A stretch of 64,000 bases of DNA, taken from Terriglobia bacterium (GTDB lineage: Bacteria > Acidobacteriota > Terriglobia > Terriglobales > Acidobacteriaceae). The notes beneath the pieces are model-generated. The model saw only the letters and a program-made list of their open reading frames with translations, was not told the origin of the DNA and made no database searches. Both the position numbers and the translations under genes were made by a program. The stretch spans positions 6,353 to 70,352 of the forward strand of contig JAIQFW010000002.1 of assembly GCA_020073105.1 (NCBI GenBank). The letters run 5' to 3'. Shown here piece by piece: positions 17,728 to 27,361 of this stretch; within the stretch, counting starts at the first letter, position 1; every line of letters begins with the position of its first letter.

Positions 17728-18548
17728 TGCTGAAAGCAATTTCTACTTATGTTTATGTGAAGGAACGGCTGCATCCCGGGCTGCTGGACGGCTTGGTGAA
17801 GGGTGGCGCTCAGGCGATTGAGATCTTTGCCGCGCGCCAGCATCTGGACTATGCCAACCGCAAGCAGCACGTTCGGGAAATTGCCGACTGGTTCCGCGCC
17901 AGCGGCGTCCCCCTGCATTCCGTGCATGCGCCGCTCTATGCCGATTATGAGTGGGGACGCGCGGGAGCGCCGCCGGTCAACATCACCTCCACCGACCGGG
18001 CCACCCGAATCGAAGCTATGGACGAGATCAAGCGCGCCCTGGAGATCGCCGAGCAGATTCCATTCCGCTTCCTGGTGCAGCACATGGGAGTGGGCGGAGA
18101 ATCGTTCGATGACAACAAATTCGAGGCTGCGATGACCTCCATCGAGCATCTGCGAGCATTCGCCCGGCCGCTGGGAGTGCGCATTCTGCTGGAGAACATT
18201 CCCAACGAGATCTGCACTCCGGAAAGACTCGTGGAGTTCATTCACACCTCGCACTTCGACGACGTCGGAGTGTGCTTCGACTTTGGCCACGCCCACATCA
18301 TGAGCGACGTGCCCCAGGCCTTCGAGACCGTGAAGAAGTACGTCCAGTCGACACATGTCCACGACAACGCCAAGGACCGCGATTCGCACCTCTGGCCGGG
18401 CGATGGGTCGATCGACTGGAAGCAGGCCATGGAATTGCTGCGTTCGGCGCCGCACACCCCGCCATTGCTGCTGGAGATTGAGGAGAACGAGAAGATCAAT
18501 CCGGCAGAGAAGATGGGAGCAGTGTTCGAGAAGCTGGAGAGATCATAA
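17727..18548 (+). CDS. sugar phosphate isomerase/epimerase (xylose isomerase-like TIM barrel)
   Basis: LHSVHAP, LLENIPNE, FDFGHAH and HVHDN metal-ligand pattern. TAATG overlap with ggt. Confidence 0.8.
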   Translation: MLKAISTYVYVKERLHPGLLDGLVKGGAQAIEIFAARQHLDYANRKQHVREIADWFRASGVPLHSVHAPLYADYEWGRAGAPPVNITSTDRATRIEAMDEIKRALEIAEQIPFRFLVQHMGVGGESFDDNKFEAAMTSIEHLRAFARPLGVRILLENIPNEICTPERLVEFIHTSHFDDVGVCFDFGHAHIMSDVPQAFETVKKYVQSTHVHDNAKDRDSHLWPGDGSIDWKQAMELLRSAPHTPPLLLEIEENEKINPAEKMGAVFEKLERS

Positions 18549-18596
18549 CCGCCGAGCCCTCTGTGCACTCTGTGTCCTCTGTGTTGAAGATTTTTT
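18549..18596 (+). repeat. CTCTGYG-type unit, single arm
   Basis: CCGCCGAGCCCTCTGTGCACTCTGTGTCCTCTGTGTTGAAGATTTTTT. Confidence 0.85.
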
Positions 18597-18615
18597 CGGA
18601 TGAGAAAGTTTTCAT

Positions 18616-19941
18616 ATGTCATCACCGGTAACCACCATCGCCGACATCGGCAAGCACGAAGGCCAGGCTGTCACCATTCGCGGCTGGCTCTATAACCTGC
18701 GCGAAAGCGGCAAGCTGCTGTTCCCGCAATTCCGCGACGGCTCCGGGGTCATTCAGGGAGTCATTGCCAAGAACGCCGTTCCGCCGGAGGTGTTCGACTC
18801 GGTCAAGGGCCTGACCCAGGAGTCCAGCGTCATCGTTGAAGGCAAGGTCCGCGCCGACAAGCGCGCCCCGGGAGGCTATGAGCTGGACGTCTCAGGCGTG
18901 CAGGTGGTTCAACGCGTATCCGAGGCCGATCCCTATCCGATTTCCCTGAAAGAACACGGCGTCGATTTCCTGATGGAGCACCGCCATCTCTGGGTGCGCT
19001 CGCCGCGTCAGGCGGCCATCCTCCGTGTGCGGGCGGAGATCATCAAGGCAGCGCGCGATTTCTTCGACGAGCGTGGCTTCACTCTGACTGATCCGCCGAT
19101 TCTCACTCCCGCGGCGTGCGAAGGTACCACCACACTCTTCCCGGTGGATTACTTTGAAGAGCAGGCTTTTCTCACCCAGTCCGGGCAGCTTTACATCGAA
19201 GCTACCGCGATGGCGTTGGGCAAGGTCTATTCCTTCGGGCCCACATTCCGTGCAGAAAAATCCAAGACCCGCCGCCACTTGACCGAGTTCTGGATGGTCG
19301 AGCCGGAAGTCGCCTACGCCCAGCTCGAAGACATTATGGAACTGGCCGAGGGACTCATCAGTTTCCTGGTGAAGCGTTGTCTGGAGCGCCACCGCCCTGA
19401 TCTGCAGACCATCGGCCGCGATGTCTCAAAACTTGAAAAAGTCGAAGCTCCATTCCCTCGCATCACTTACGACGAAGCGGTCAAAATGCTGCAGGAAGCC
19501 CACGCAAAAGGCGCCTTGGAAGACAACTTCGAATATGGCGGCGACCTAGGGTCTCCCGACGAAACCTACATCTCATCGCAGTTCGACCGGCCGGTGATGG
19601 TGCACCGCTATCCCGCAAAAGTAAAAGCGTTTTACATGGAGCCGGATCCCCAAAACCCTGACTTGGCATTGTGCGTGGACGTGCTCGCGCCCGAAGGCTA
19701 CGGCGAGATCATCGGCGGCTCGCAGCGTATGGCATCGTATGATCTGCTGCTAAAACGCATTCACGAACACGGGCTGCCGGAAGAGGCGTTCAAGTGGTAT
19801 CTCGACTTGCGGAAATACGGCAGCGTGCCGCACGCGGGTTTTGGTATGGGCATTGAACGCGCAGTAGCGTGGATCTGCGGCTTGGAGCATGTGCGGGAAA
19901 CGATTCCGTTCCCCAGGATGCTGCACCGGCTTTATCCGTGA
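18616..19941 (+). CDS. asnS: asparagine--tRNA ligase
   Basis: Class IIb synthetase motifs: [25 protein letters not shown], and [27 protein letters not shown]. Confidence 0.9.
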   Translation: MSSPVTTIADIGKHEGQAVTIRGWLYNLRESGKLLFPQFRDGSGVIQGVIAKNAVPPEVFDSVKGLTQESSVIVEGKVRADKRAPGGYELDVSGVQVVQRVSEADPYPISLKEHGVDFLMEHRHLWVRSPRQAAILRVRAEIIKAARDFFDERGFTLTDPPILTPAACEGTTTLFPVDYFEEQAFLTQSGQLYIEATAMALGKVYSFGPTFRAEKSKTRRHLTEFWMVEPEVAYAQLEDIMELAEGLISFLVKRCLERHRPDLQTIGRDVSKLEKVEAPFPRITYDEAVKMLQEAHAKGALEDNFEYGGDLGSPDETYISSQFDRPVMVHRYPAKVKAFYMEPDPQNPDLALCVDVLAPEGYGEIIGGSQRMASYDLLLKRIHEHGLPEEAFKWYLDLRKYGSVPHAGFGMGIERAVAWICGLEHVRETIPFPRMLHRLYP

Positions 19942-19946
19942 AACCC

Positions 19947-20044
19947 AAACCACAGAGGACACGGAGGACCCAGAGGATTGACCATGAAAAACCAGATGGA
20001 TTGCTCAACTCTGTGTCCTCTGTGACCTCCGTGGTGCAAGATTT
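19947..20044. repeat. inverted pair of CTCTGYG-type units
   Basis: AAACCACAGAGGACACGGAGGACCCAGAGG ... CAACTCTGTGTCCTCTGTGACCTCCGTGGTGCAAGATTT. Confidence 0.88.
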
Positions 20045-20052
20045 ATGAAGCT

Positions 20053-21000
20053 ATGACAACCACTCCTCCAACTTATCCCAACATTACTCCCCGCAAGATT
20101 CGGGTCATCGGCGTCCCCCTCGACCTTGGCCAGTCGCGCCGCGGTGTTGACATGGGGCCTTCGGCGGTGCGCGTTGCCGGTCTCGAAGCGCGTCTGGAAG
20201 CCCTCGGCCACATCGTCGAAGATGGCGGCAACGTGGCCGTCGCCATCCCGGAACAAAAGAAGGAAGGCCATCCCAACGCGAAGTACCTCAAAGAAATCAC
20301 TGCGACCTGCACCAAGCATGCCGACCTGGTACTGAAGACGCTGGAAGCGGGCAAAGTGCCGGTGTCTCTCGGCGGGGACCACTCGATGGCAGTGGGCAGC
20401 GTGGCGGGCGTGGCTGAGTTCTACCGTCGCCAGGGTCAGAAGATCGGCCTGATCTGGATCGACGCCCACACCGACATCAACACGCCCGAGAGCTCGCCCA
20501 GCGGACACGTCCACGGCATGCCGCTGGCAGCGATCATGGGGCTCGGCCCGGTGGAACTCTCCAACATCTACAACTTTTCCCCCAAGATCAAGCCCGAAAA
20601 TTGCGTGCTGGTCGGGGTGCGTGACATCGACGCCATCGAACGAGAAAACGTTCACCGAGCCGGGATCGAAGTTTTGACCATGCGCGATATCGACGAGCGC
20701 GGCATGCGCACGGTCATGGAAGAGGCCTTGCGGATGGCTGGCCGCGGTACCGCCGGCTACCACGTTTCCCTCGATATGGACTGGATCGATCCCGAAGACG
20801 CGCCTGGAGTCGGGACACCCGTGCGGGGCGGCGCCACCTACCGCGAGGCCCACCTTGCCATGGAAATCATCGCGGACCACGGCCGCATGCTGAGCTTCGA
20901 AATCGTGGAAGTTAACCCTGTCATCGACGAGCACAACCAGACGGCGGATCTGGCGGTGGAAATGGCGCTGTCGGCGTTCGGGAAGACGACGAACCAGTAG
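20053..21000 (+). CDS. rocF: arginase
   Basis: Mn-binding motifs GGDHSMA, IDAHTDINT and SLDMDWIDP, plus GGATYRE. Confidence 0.9.
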   Translation: MTTTPPTYPNITPRKIRVIGVPLDLGQSRRGVDMGPSAVRVAGLEARLEALGHIVEDGGNVAVAIPEQKKEGHPNAKYLKEITATCTKHADLVLKTLEAGKVPVSLGGDHSMAVGSVAGVAEFYRRQGQKIGLIWIDAHTDINTPESSPSGHVHGMPLAAIMGLGPVELSNIYNFSPKIKPENCVLVGVRDIDAIERENVHRAGIEVLTMRDIDERGMRTVMEEALRMAGRGTAGYHVSLDMDWIDPEDAPGVGTPVRGGATYREAHLAMEIIADHGRMLSFEIVEVNPVIDEHNQTADLAVEMALSAFGKTTNQ

Positions 21001-21068
21001 TCGCACAGGAATCTCGACACTCCTTACGATCAGGTGAGGCTCCTGATCGCTCGCTCTTGGTGCTCAAA

Positions 21069-23099
21069 TCACTCTACATCCGAGACTTTGCCGTTCTTGA
21101 AAGTGACCTTCATATCTTTGTACTTGAAGATCTTCTTCGGACCCAAATCGATCACCGTAAGCGGGGGGCCGAAGGTGGTGGTGACATCTTCAACGCTTTG
21201 CCCCAACGCGATTGTTGCCGGAGCCGCAGCCTGAGTTGCCGTTTCTCCATTTTCCTGCTGGGCTTCGCCGACTACTTCCTTTTCGGCTTGGTCGGCATCC
21301 GCTAGTTGCTGGTTCACCTCAGCGTCACCATTCGGGTCTGGTGGTGGGGCGTCCTTGGCAATGGGAGCATCCGCCAAAGCCCCGTTGGCAGTGAGGGGAG
21401 CCGACGGCAGTCCTCCCGTGCCTTGCTTGGACCGAAGTTCCTGCAGGCCTTGATCGATAGTCTCCCGCATGTGGTTCTGCATTTCCTGCAAGTCGGCTAG
21501 GGGGACTGAGACGGTATCGGACTTCCGGCACTCCGGGCCACCCTTGCTCGACAACATCACCAGATCGGCCGAGGTGGCCGAGGGTGGCGGGGGCGTCGCC
21601 AGTTCGAGCGCGTCGCCATCGCTGATGGCGCATTCCATTCCAGCGGCGTCAACCACGTCGAGCGAGCTGCCGGCAACAAAGACGTGGGTTTTACCATCGG
21701 ACAGCAAGGTGGCGATGCTGCTGGAACCTGGATCGACCTCCTGGTTCCGGGCATTCTGCTGCGCCTCGGCGTTCTCCAGGGCGAGCTGGTTCTTCACCTC
21801 ATCGGCGATCCTCTGCTTTACTTCCGGCGTGAGTGGAGCAGCTCCTGCAGCTGCTTCCTCGTCCATTCGGACTTGTGCCTCCTGCCGGGCTTCCTGCCGG
21901 GCCTGATAGGCGGCGGCCAATTCGCTGGAGATGATGTAGTCGGTCAGCCACAACGAGGCAGTTGGATACACCGGGTAGGGCGTGAAATAAGTGCCGTAAT
22001 AGCCGTACCAGGGACTATGTGCCCAACCCCAGGAATAGACCACAGGGTGGTACCAAGGGTCATAGGCCCAACCGTAAAATCCAACTGGGTAGTAGCGGAC
22101 GGGCGCATACACCTGCACATAAACGCCGTGATAGGGATATCGCCGGTAGTAACGGTCATAGGCCTGGCCGTGGTAGTAGTAGGTGCGGCGGTCATATTCG
22201 TGGCCGTTGTGCACGTACCCGCGTTGCACATACCCCGGACGTCCGCGCTCGGCAAAGACTCGCGAATGGTCCCGGCGCTCGACTACGACGCGCGTGTTCC
22301 CGTAGATTCCGTGGTGAACATTCATGTCGCGCCTGGCGTCATGCATGTCACTGACTCTGCCGTCGGCGCGCCGCTGCACCAGACTGCCATTCCTCAACTG
22401 GGTTTCGTGGCTGCCTCTCGGTGCAGGCCTGCCCAGGATGCCGTTGTGAGCCGTATGTTCGCGGTCTGCGCCCGGCCTGTTGCCCATTTCCGGCCTATGC
22501 GAGTCGGCTTCTGTGGTTCTGGTTATATGCCGGTTCGGGACGCTATCATCCCCGTGGCCATGCCGGCCGGTCAGACCATTGGCCGTAGGAACCACGTGCG
22601 GGGTAGCTCGGCTGTTGGCAGTGGGAGAGGTACGTGCGATAGGGGAGCTTATACGTGCCGCAGCCGGGCCGCTGGCAGTAGAGCCGCGATGAACTCCCGG
22701 ATTGTCCGCGCTCGGACCCTGATGCATTCCACCTCTGGTCGATGGACCGTGGTTTGCGCTGGACAGACCGCCACCTGCGGGTCTCGACGGCATCGACGCA
22801 GCAGGTCTGGATGGCGCCGCCGTAGGTCTGGATGGCGCTGCGGAGGGCCTGGATGGCGCTGCGGAGGGCCTGGATGGCGGCGCAGATCGGGCGGTTGCCG
22901 GTCTGGAATGCTGGTTTGATGGTTTTCTGTTGTCGGTTTGAGCCAGCAGTCCGACGCTGCCCAGCATGATGAACATACCTGCCGCAAGATGGCTGCAACG
23001 ACCCTTCCAGGTGCACGTCGACTCCATGAGGCTCTCCTTTTGACGTTCGCCGGTGCAATCTTTCGTGCTGCCTGCGCTGGCCCACCGGTTATTGGACAT
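21069..23099 (-). CDS. membrane-anchored Pro-rich / Tyr-Trp-rich repeat protein, function unknown
   Basis: One TM (AAGMFIMLGSVGLLA), 4 x S(A/P)APSRP repeats, a long Y/W/P/G-rich block, a coiled acidic region and a C-terminal small beta domain. The ATG chosen overlaps the upstream small ORF. Confidence 0.7.
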   Translation of the reverse strand: MSNNRWASAGSTKDCTGERQKESLMESTCTWKGRCSHLAAGMFIMLGSVGLLAQTDNRKPSNQHSRPATARSAPPSRPSAAPSRPSAAPSRPTAAPSRPAASMPSRPAGGGLSSANHGPSTRGGMHQGPSADNPGVHRGSTASGPAAARISSPIARTSPTANSRATPHVVPTANGLTGRHGHGDDSVPNRHITRTTEADSHRPEMGNRPGADREHTAHNGILGRPAPRGSHETQLRNGSLVQRRADGRVSDMHDARRDMNVHHGIYGNTRVVVERRDHSRVFAERGRPGYVQRGYVHNGHEYDRRTYYYHGQAYDRYYRRYPYHGVYVQVYAPVRYYPVGFYGWAYDPWYHPVVYSWGWAHSPWYGYYGTYFTPYPVYPTASLWLTDYIISSELAAAYQARQEARQEAQVRMDEEAAAGAAPLTPEVKQRIADEVKNQLALENAEAQQNARNQEVDPGSSSIATLLSDGKTHVFVAGSSLDVVDAAGMECAISDGDALELATPPPPSATSADLVMLSSKGGPECRKSDTVSVPLADLQEMQNHMRETIDQGLQELRSKQGTGGLPSAPLTANGALADAPIAKDAPPPDPNGDAEVNQQLADADQAEKEVVGEAQQENGETATQAAAPATIALGQSVEDVTTTFGPPLTVIDLGPKKIFKYKDMKVTFKNGKVSDVE
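22801..22884 (-). repeat. in-frame tandem repeat, 4 x 21 nt
   Basis: GCAGGTCTGGATGGCGCCGCC / GTAGGTCTGGATGGCGCTGCG / GAGGGCCTGGATGGCGCTGCG / GAGGGCCTGGATGGCGGCGCA. Encodes the SAAPSRP heptads. Confidence 0.9.
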
Positions 23100-23280
23100 C
23101 GGTGACTTCCGTTGACGACTGGTCACCCTCATGTCGGAGTAAATGGTAAATCTCTTTCGCCCGCAGCTCGACGACCGTTGGGTGCTGTCCGAAGTCCGAC
23201 ACTACCTGAACTTTAGTTTTGCCCGGTGCAGGGGGCCTAGGGAGGCGCGGCTCCACCTCCGGCGGCGGAGGAGTTGGCAC
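23089..23280 (-). CDS. small ORF resembling the C-terminal domain of the downstream large protein
   Basis: GKTKVQVVSDFGQHPTVVELRAKEIY...EVTDVQ aligns by eye with GQSVEDVTTTFGPPLTVIDLGPKKIF...KVSDVE. Overlaps the next gene by 11 nt. GTG start is uncertain. Confidence 0.4.
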   Translation of the reverse strand: MPTPPPPEVEPRLPRPPAPGKTKVQVVSDFGQHPTVVELRAKEIYHLLRHEGDQSSTEVTDVQ

Positions 23281-23317
23281 TCTCCGTGGTTGTGAGGAAG
23301 GTTCTGTAACCTGGCCG

Positions 23318-23351
23318 CAAACAAAAACCGGAGCACTTTCGCGCTCCGGTT
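23318..23351 (-). terminator. rho-independent terminator after the CsgG-like gene
   Basis: The minus strand reads AACCGGAGCGCGAAAGTGCTCCGGTT followed by TTTTGTTTG. Confidence 0.7.
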
Positions 23352-23371
23352 CTCAGTGGCTCAAAAAACAG

Positions 23372-24373
23372 CTACTGGGTTACTGTCTTTACCGCATCGC
23401 CGATCTTGAACCCGGTTCCGGAAACTGCGGTGCAAACCGACGAAATGTCATCGACATCCGTCACTTTCACTACTCCGACAGCCGTCGCCAGCCGCCGAAT
23501 GACCTTGCCGGTTGAAGGGTCCTTGATTTCTTTGGTCACGCGCTCCACGTTCAGCTGATCGCCGACTTTCACGCCCTGCTTGCCGCCCACGTTCAGAACG
23601 ATCTGGCCGCCGTCCACCGCTGCCACCAGGCCCTCCACGATGATGGTGCGCGCCACCAGTTTGTCCTTGTTAGCGATCACCTCCGTGCTCAGCTGCGTGG
23701 TGGCGTTCTTCACTGCTTCGCCGATGATCGTGCTTTGAAAGTCGCTGCTGCCGAAATCTGCCGCGCCGCCGCCCCAGCCATGCCAGTTGCCGCCGCCGCC
23801 GAGCAAGGACGTGTGCTCGCGCGAGGACTCTCCCTTGCCTTCGGCAACACCCAGGATTTCGCCGGTATCAATGTCCACCATGCGTGCGGTCACAGCCACG
23901 ATCGCTTTGGACTTCTTGTGTCCGAAGCCACCCACGCCGAACCCACCCCAGTTGCCGCCCCCACCGCCGACGTTGGTGTTCTTGGTTTCATTGCCGAATT
24001 GGGTGATGCTGCCGACAACGATGGCATCCACGCCCAGCAATTTACCAATCTTGGCGGCCGAGTTCGGATTGGCGCGGTCGCTGTTGGAAAAATTCTGTTC
24101 GGCCATGATCTTGTCCAGCGCCTTGCGCTCAATGATCGAATAGGTCCCGTCTTTGACCAGATTGGTCACCAGCAGGTCGGTGATGCCCTTGCCTACATCG
24201 ACGTCCTGGCCGAAGATCGCCGCTACCCCGCCATGCACCGTGGCGTAGTCAAAATCCAGAATGGCGAGCCGCTTCTTGCGGGCCGGCGCCGCGGCCTGTG
24301 CGGTTGCTTCCGCCACGGCCAGGCAAGCCAATGCCAACAGCAGCAACGAAACCACAACTTTTCTCATACCCAC
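23372..24373 (-). CDS. CsgG/HfaB-family periplasmic protein
   Basis: Signal peptide, then RLAILDFDY...ITDLLVTNLVKDGTYSIIERKALDKIMAEQNFSNS...KIGKLLGVDAIVVGSITQFG, typical of the CsgG/LpoB-like fold. Confidence 0.78.
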   Translation of the reverse strand: MGMRKVVVSLLLLALACLAVAEATAQAAAPARKKRLAILDFDYATVHGGVAAIFGQDVDVGKGITDLLVTNLVKDGTYSIIERKALDKIMAEQNFSNSDRANPNSAAKIGKLLGVDAIVVGSITQFGNETKNTNVGGGGGNWGGFGVGGFGHKKSKAIVAVTARMVDIDTGEILGVAEGKGESSREHTSLLGGGGNWHGWGGGAADFGSSDFQSTIIGEAVKNATTQLSTEVIANKDKLVARTIIVEGLVAAVDGGQIVLNVGGKQGVKVGDQLNVERVTKEIKDPSTGKVIRRLATAVGVVKVTDVDDISSVCTAVSGTGFKIGDAVKTVTQ

Positions 24374-24499
24374 TCCCCTTTTTGGAAGGAAATCGAAGAA
24401 CTGCAGTATACCCCGCGCCTCGCAGGCTAACTCTGCCCCGCAACCGTTGTCAACCGGAGGTTCGCCCGCCTAGTGCCTCAGTTTGCTCCCCGCGCCGGG

Positions 24500-24624
24500 T
24501 TTCTCAGCGGACTCTGCGGGTGTTCTCCGCGATCTCAGCGATTTAGGACTTTGCTTTCGGGGAGTCTCCTTAAGTCCTTGAGACGCAGAAATCCCCGAAC
24601 AGCCACAGAGCACGCTGAGAAATC
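24500..24624. repeat. inverted pair of CTCTGYG-type units, tails facing inward
   Basis: TTTCTCAGCGGACTCTGCGGGTGTTCTCCGCGATCTCAGCGATTTAGGAC ... AGACGCAGAAATCCCCGAACAGCCACAGAGCACGCTGAGAAATC. Confidence 0.8.
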
Positions 24625-24670
24625 CCGAGTTTGCTGAAATTGAGACAATACCTTCTCCCGCAAAATTACA

Positions 24671-25687
24671 CTATGTCCTCCCCATAGCCTTCACCACTTG
24701 CAGCTTCACCCCCGGAGTTATCGCCGCCATAACGGCTTCTGCTGCACTCTTCTGGCTGATGACCGCACCCTCCACCTCAACCAGGGCAACCTTGGAAACC
24801 GACGAACTACTCTCGCCCGCCACAATCAGCGCAGCCAACGCCGTTTGCAGCGGCGGCAGGCTGGGATTGAAAGCCACGTTCTCGATGTACGCACCCTTGT
24901 AGATCCGACCAGTGCGTGTCCTGAGCGCGATTCCTGAATTGGCCTTGGTATAGGGCGCGTACGATTGCCGGGCCGCGTTCAGAGCTGCGACGCTCAATTC
25001 ATCATCCACTCCCTTGGGCAGAGAGAGATCGGCCTCCCTTACCGGGAATGCGCCATCCTTGAACCCAAGGTCTTTGGGGCCGAACGCCGCCGGCAAAAGA
25101 GCAGAAAGCTTTACCGCTGGGCTGCTACCCACCAGTATCTGAATATCCCCCTCGGGTGACATCTCCGTCATGAATTGCCGGCAGTGCCCGCATGGTGCTG
25201 CCGTCACCGCAACCGAAGCAATGCCGGTATCTGAGTGCATGTATGCATTCGACAAAGCCGACTGCTCAGCATGGACCGCGAACCCCAAGGAGTGGCCAGG
25301 AAATTCAATATTGGCGCCGAAGTAGAGGTTCCCACTCGCACCGCGCACCACTGCTCCCACGTGATAGTTGGAGATGGGTGGACGGGAATATGTGCGGGCC
25401 AGCGGAAGCAGGCCAAGCATTAGAGCACCGACGCTCTTCTGTTCAGTTTCGGCGAGGGCTTGCGCCTCCGCGGCCGGGATGTGTCCGCTGAATCCGGGTG
25501 CGCTCAGCAGGCGCCGCAAACGGTCGCGCGACTTCTCGCTGAATTCTGGCAAGAGACTGTTGAGGTCGTTCCCTTTGGAGTCGTCCGCATGGGCTGATGG
25601 CGAGTGCATAGCCCACAATCCTAAACCGGCAGCTCCCAGAGTCGCTAATGTGCTTCGCCGGCTCATCAATCTGTTTGGATCAGTCAT
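24671..25687 (-). CDS. cdd: homodimeric-type (two-domain) cytidine deaminase with Tat-like signal peptide
   Basis: Aligns by eye along its whole length with E. coli Cdd (VHAEQSA, TAAPCGHCRQFM, FGPKDL, NAAFNPSLPPLQ). N-terminal SRRSTLATLGAAGLGLWAMHSPSAHA. Start placed at the ATG preceded by GAGGAGG. Confidence 0.85.
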   Translation of the reverse strand: MTDPNRLMSRRSTLATLGAAGLGLWAMHSPSAHADDSKGNDLNSLLPEFSEKSRDRLRRLLSAPGFSGHIPAAEAQALAETEQKSVGALMLGLLPLARTYSRPPISNYHVGAVVRGASGNLYFGANIEFPGHSLGFAVHAEQSALSNAYMHSDTGIASVAVTAAPCGHCRQFMTEMSPEGDIQILVGSSPAVKLSALLPAAFGPKDLGFKDGAFPVREADLSLPKGVDDELSVAALNAARQSYAPYTKANSGIALRTRTGRIYKGAYIENVAFNPSLPPLQTALAALIVAGESSSSVSKVALVEVEGAVISQKSAAEAVMAAITPGVKLQVVKAMGRT

Positions 25688-25771
25688 GGCCCGCCTCCTC
25701 ATCGCGTAAGTAACAGAGAGATCATACCGGGTAATTGACGCAATGGCCGCGGACGTCCAGACTAAAGTGTC

Positions 25772-26968
<1,197 letters not shown>

Positions 26969-26970
26969 GG

Positions 26971-27053
26971 TTTCTTCCTCTGTGAACTCTGTGTCCTCTG
27001 TGGTGAAAACCAAAAAATCCTAACCACAGAGGGCACAGAGGACACAGAGGTTT
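26971..27053. repeat. inverted pair of CTCTGYG-type units
   Basis: TTTCTTCCTCTGTGAACTCTGTGTCCTCTGTGGTGAAAACC ... TAACCACAGAGGGCACAGAGGACACAGAGGTTT. Lies between the ddl stop and the SAM riboswitch. Confidence 0.88.
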
Positions 27054-27121
27054 GTAACCCCTCTTGACGAACTCCGTCCTCTCTGGGTAGTATCTGTCCA
27101 CCAGTTTGCTCTTCAATAGAG

Positions 27122-27234
27122 CAGACCTTGGATTTCATGCAGAGTGGCTGAGGGACGAGCCCTAAGAAGCCACGACAACCGGATCGGGAGTCATCTCCCG
27201 GTCGCCCGGTGTCAACTCTCTCCTGGAAACGGGG
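27122..27234 (+). promoter_or_regulatory. SAM-I (S-box) riboswitch aptamer
   Basis: P1 ATTTCATG/CATGAGAT. Conserved blocks in canonical order: CAGAG, TGGCTGAGGGA, GAGCCC, AAGAAGCC, GACAACC, GC-rich P3 hairpin, GGTGTCAACTC, P4 CTCC-TGGAAAC-GGGG. Confidence 0.85.
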
Positions 27235-27361
27235 AACATGAGATTCGAGGTGCCGAATTTCCAGCATCTCGTTGACCTCTTTTCCCGTTTTTCCTTCCGA
27301 GAGACTTTTGACACACTAGGTTTTCGACGCTCGTCCCGGAGCCATCGGAAATGAGTGGCCG

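Noticed and set aside
20005-21006. 333-aa minus-strand ORF
   Set aside because: Antisense to arginase, which has all Mn-binding motifs. The same logic rejects 21684-22919 (+), 17724-18455 (-), 32698-33846 (-), 11319-12158 (-), 3898-4725 (-), 286-1125 (-), 45418-46332 (+) and 50173-50961 (+).
21069-24373. Single operon linking the CsgG-like gene with the Tyr-rich protein (curli-like secretion system)
   Set aside because: A strong intrinsic terminator (23318-23351) lies between them, and I see no CsgE/F/A/B-like genes. Kept only as a context remark.
27235-27361. Intrinsic terminator as the riboswitch expression platform
   Set aside because: Only weak stems (GAGGT...ACCTC before TTTTCCCGTTTTT) can be drawn by eye. 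GGAAACGGGGAA of P4 could alternatively pair with TTTTCCCGTTTTTCC. The mechanism is left open rather than annotated.
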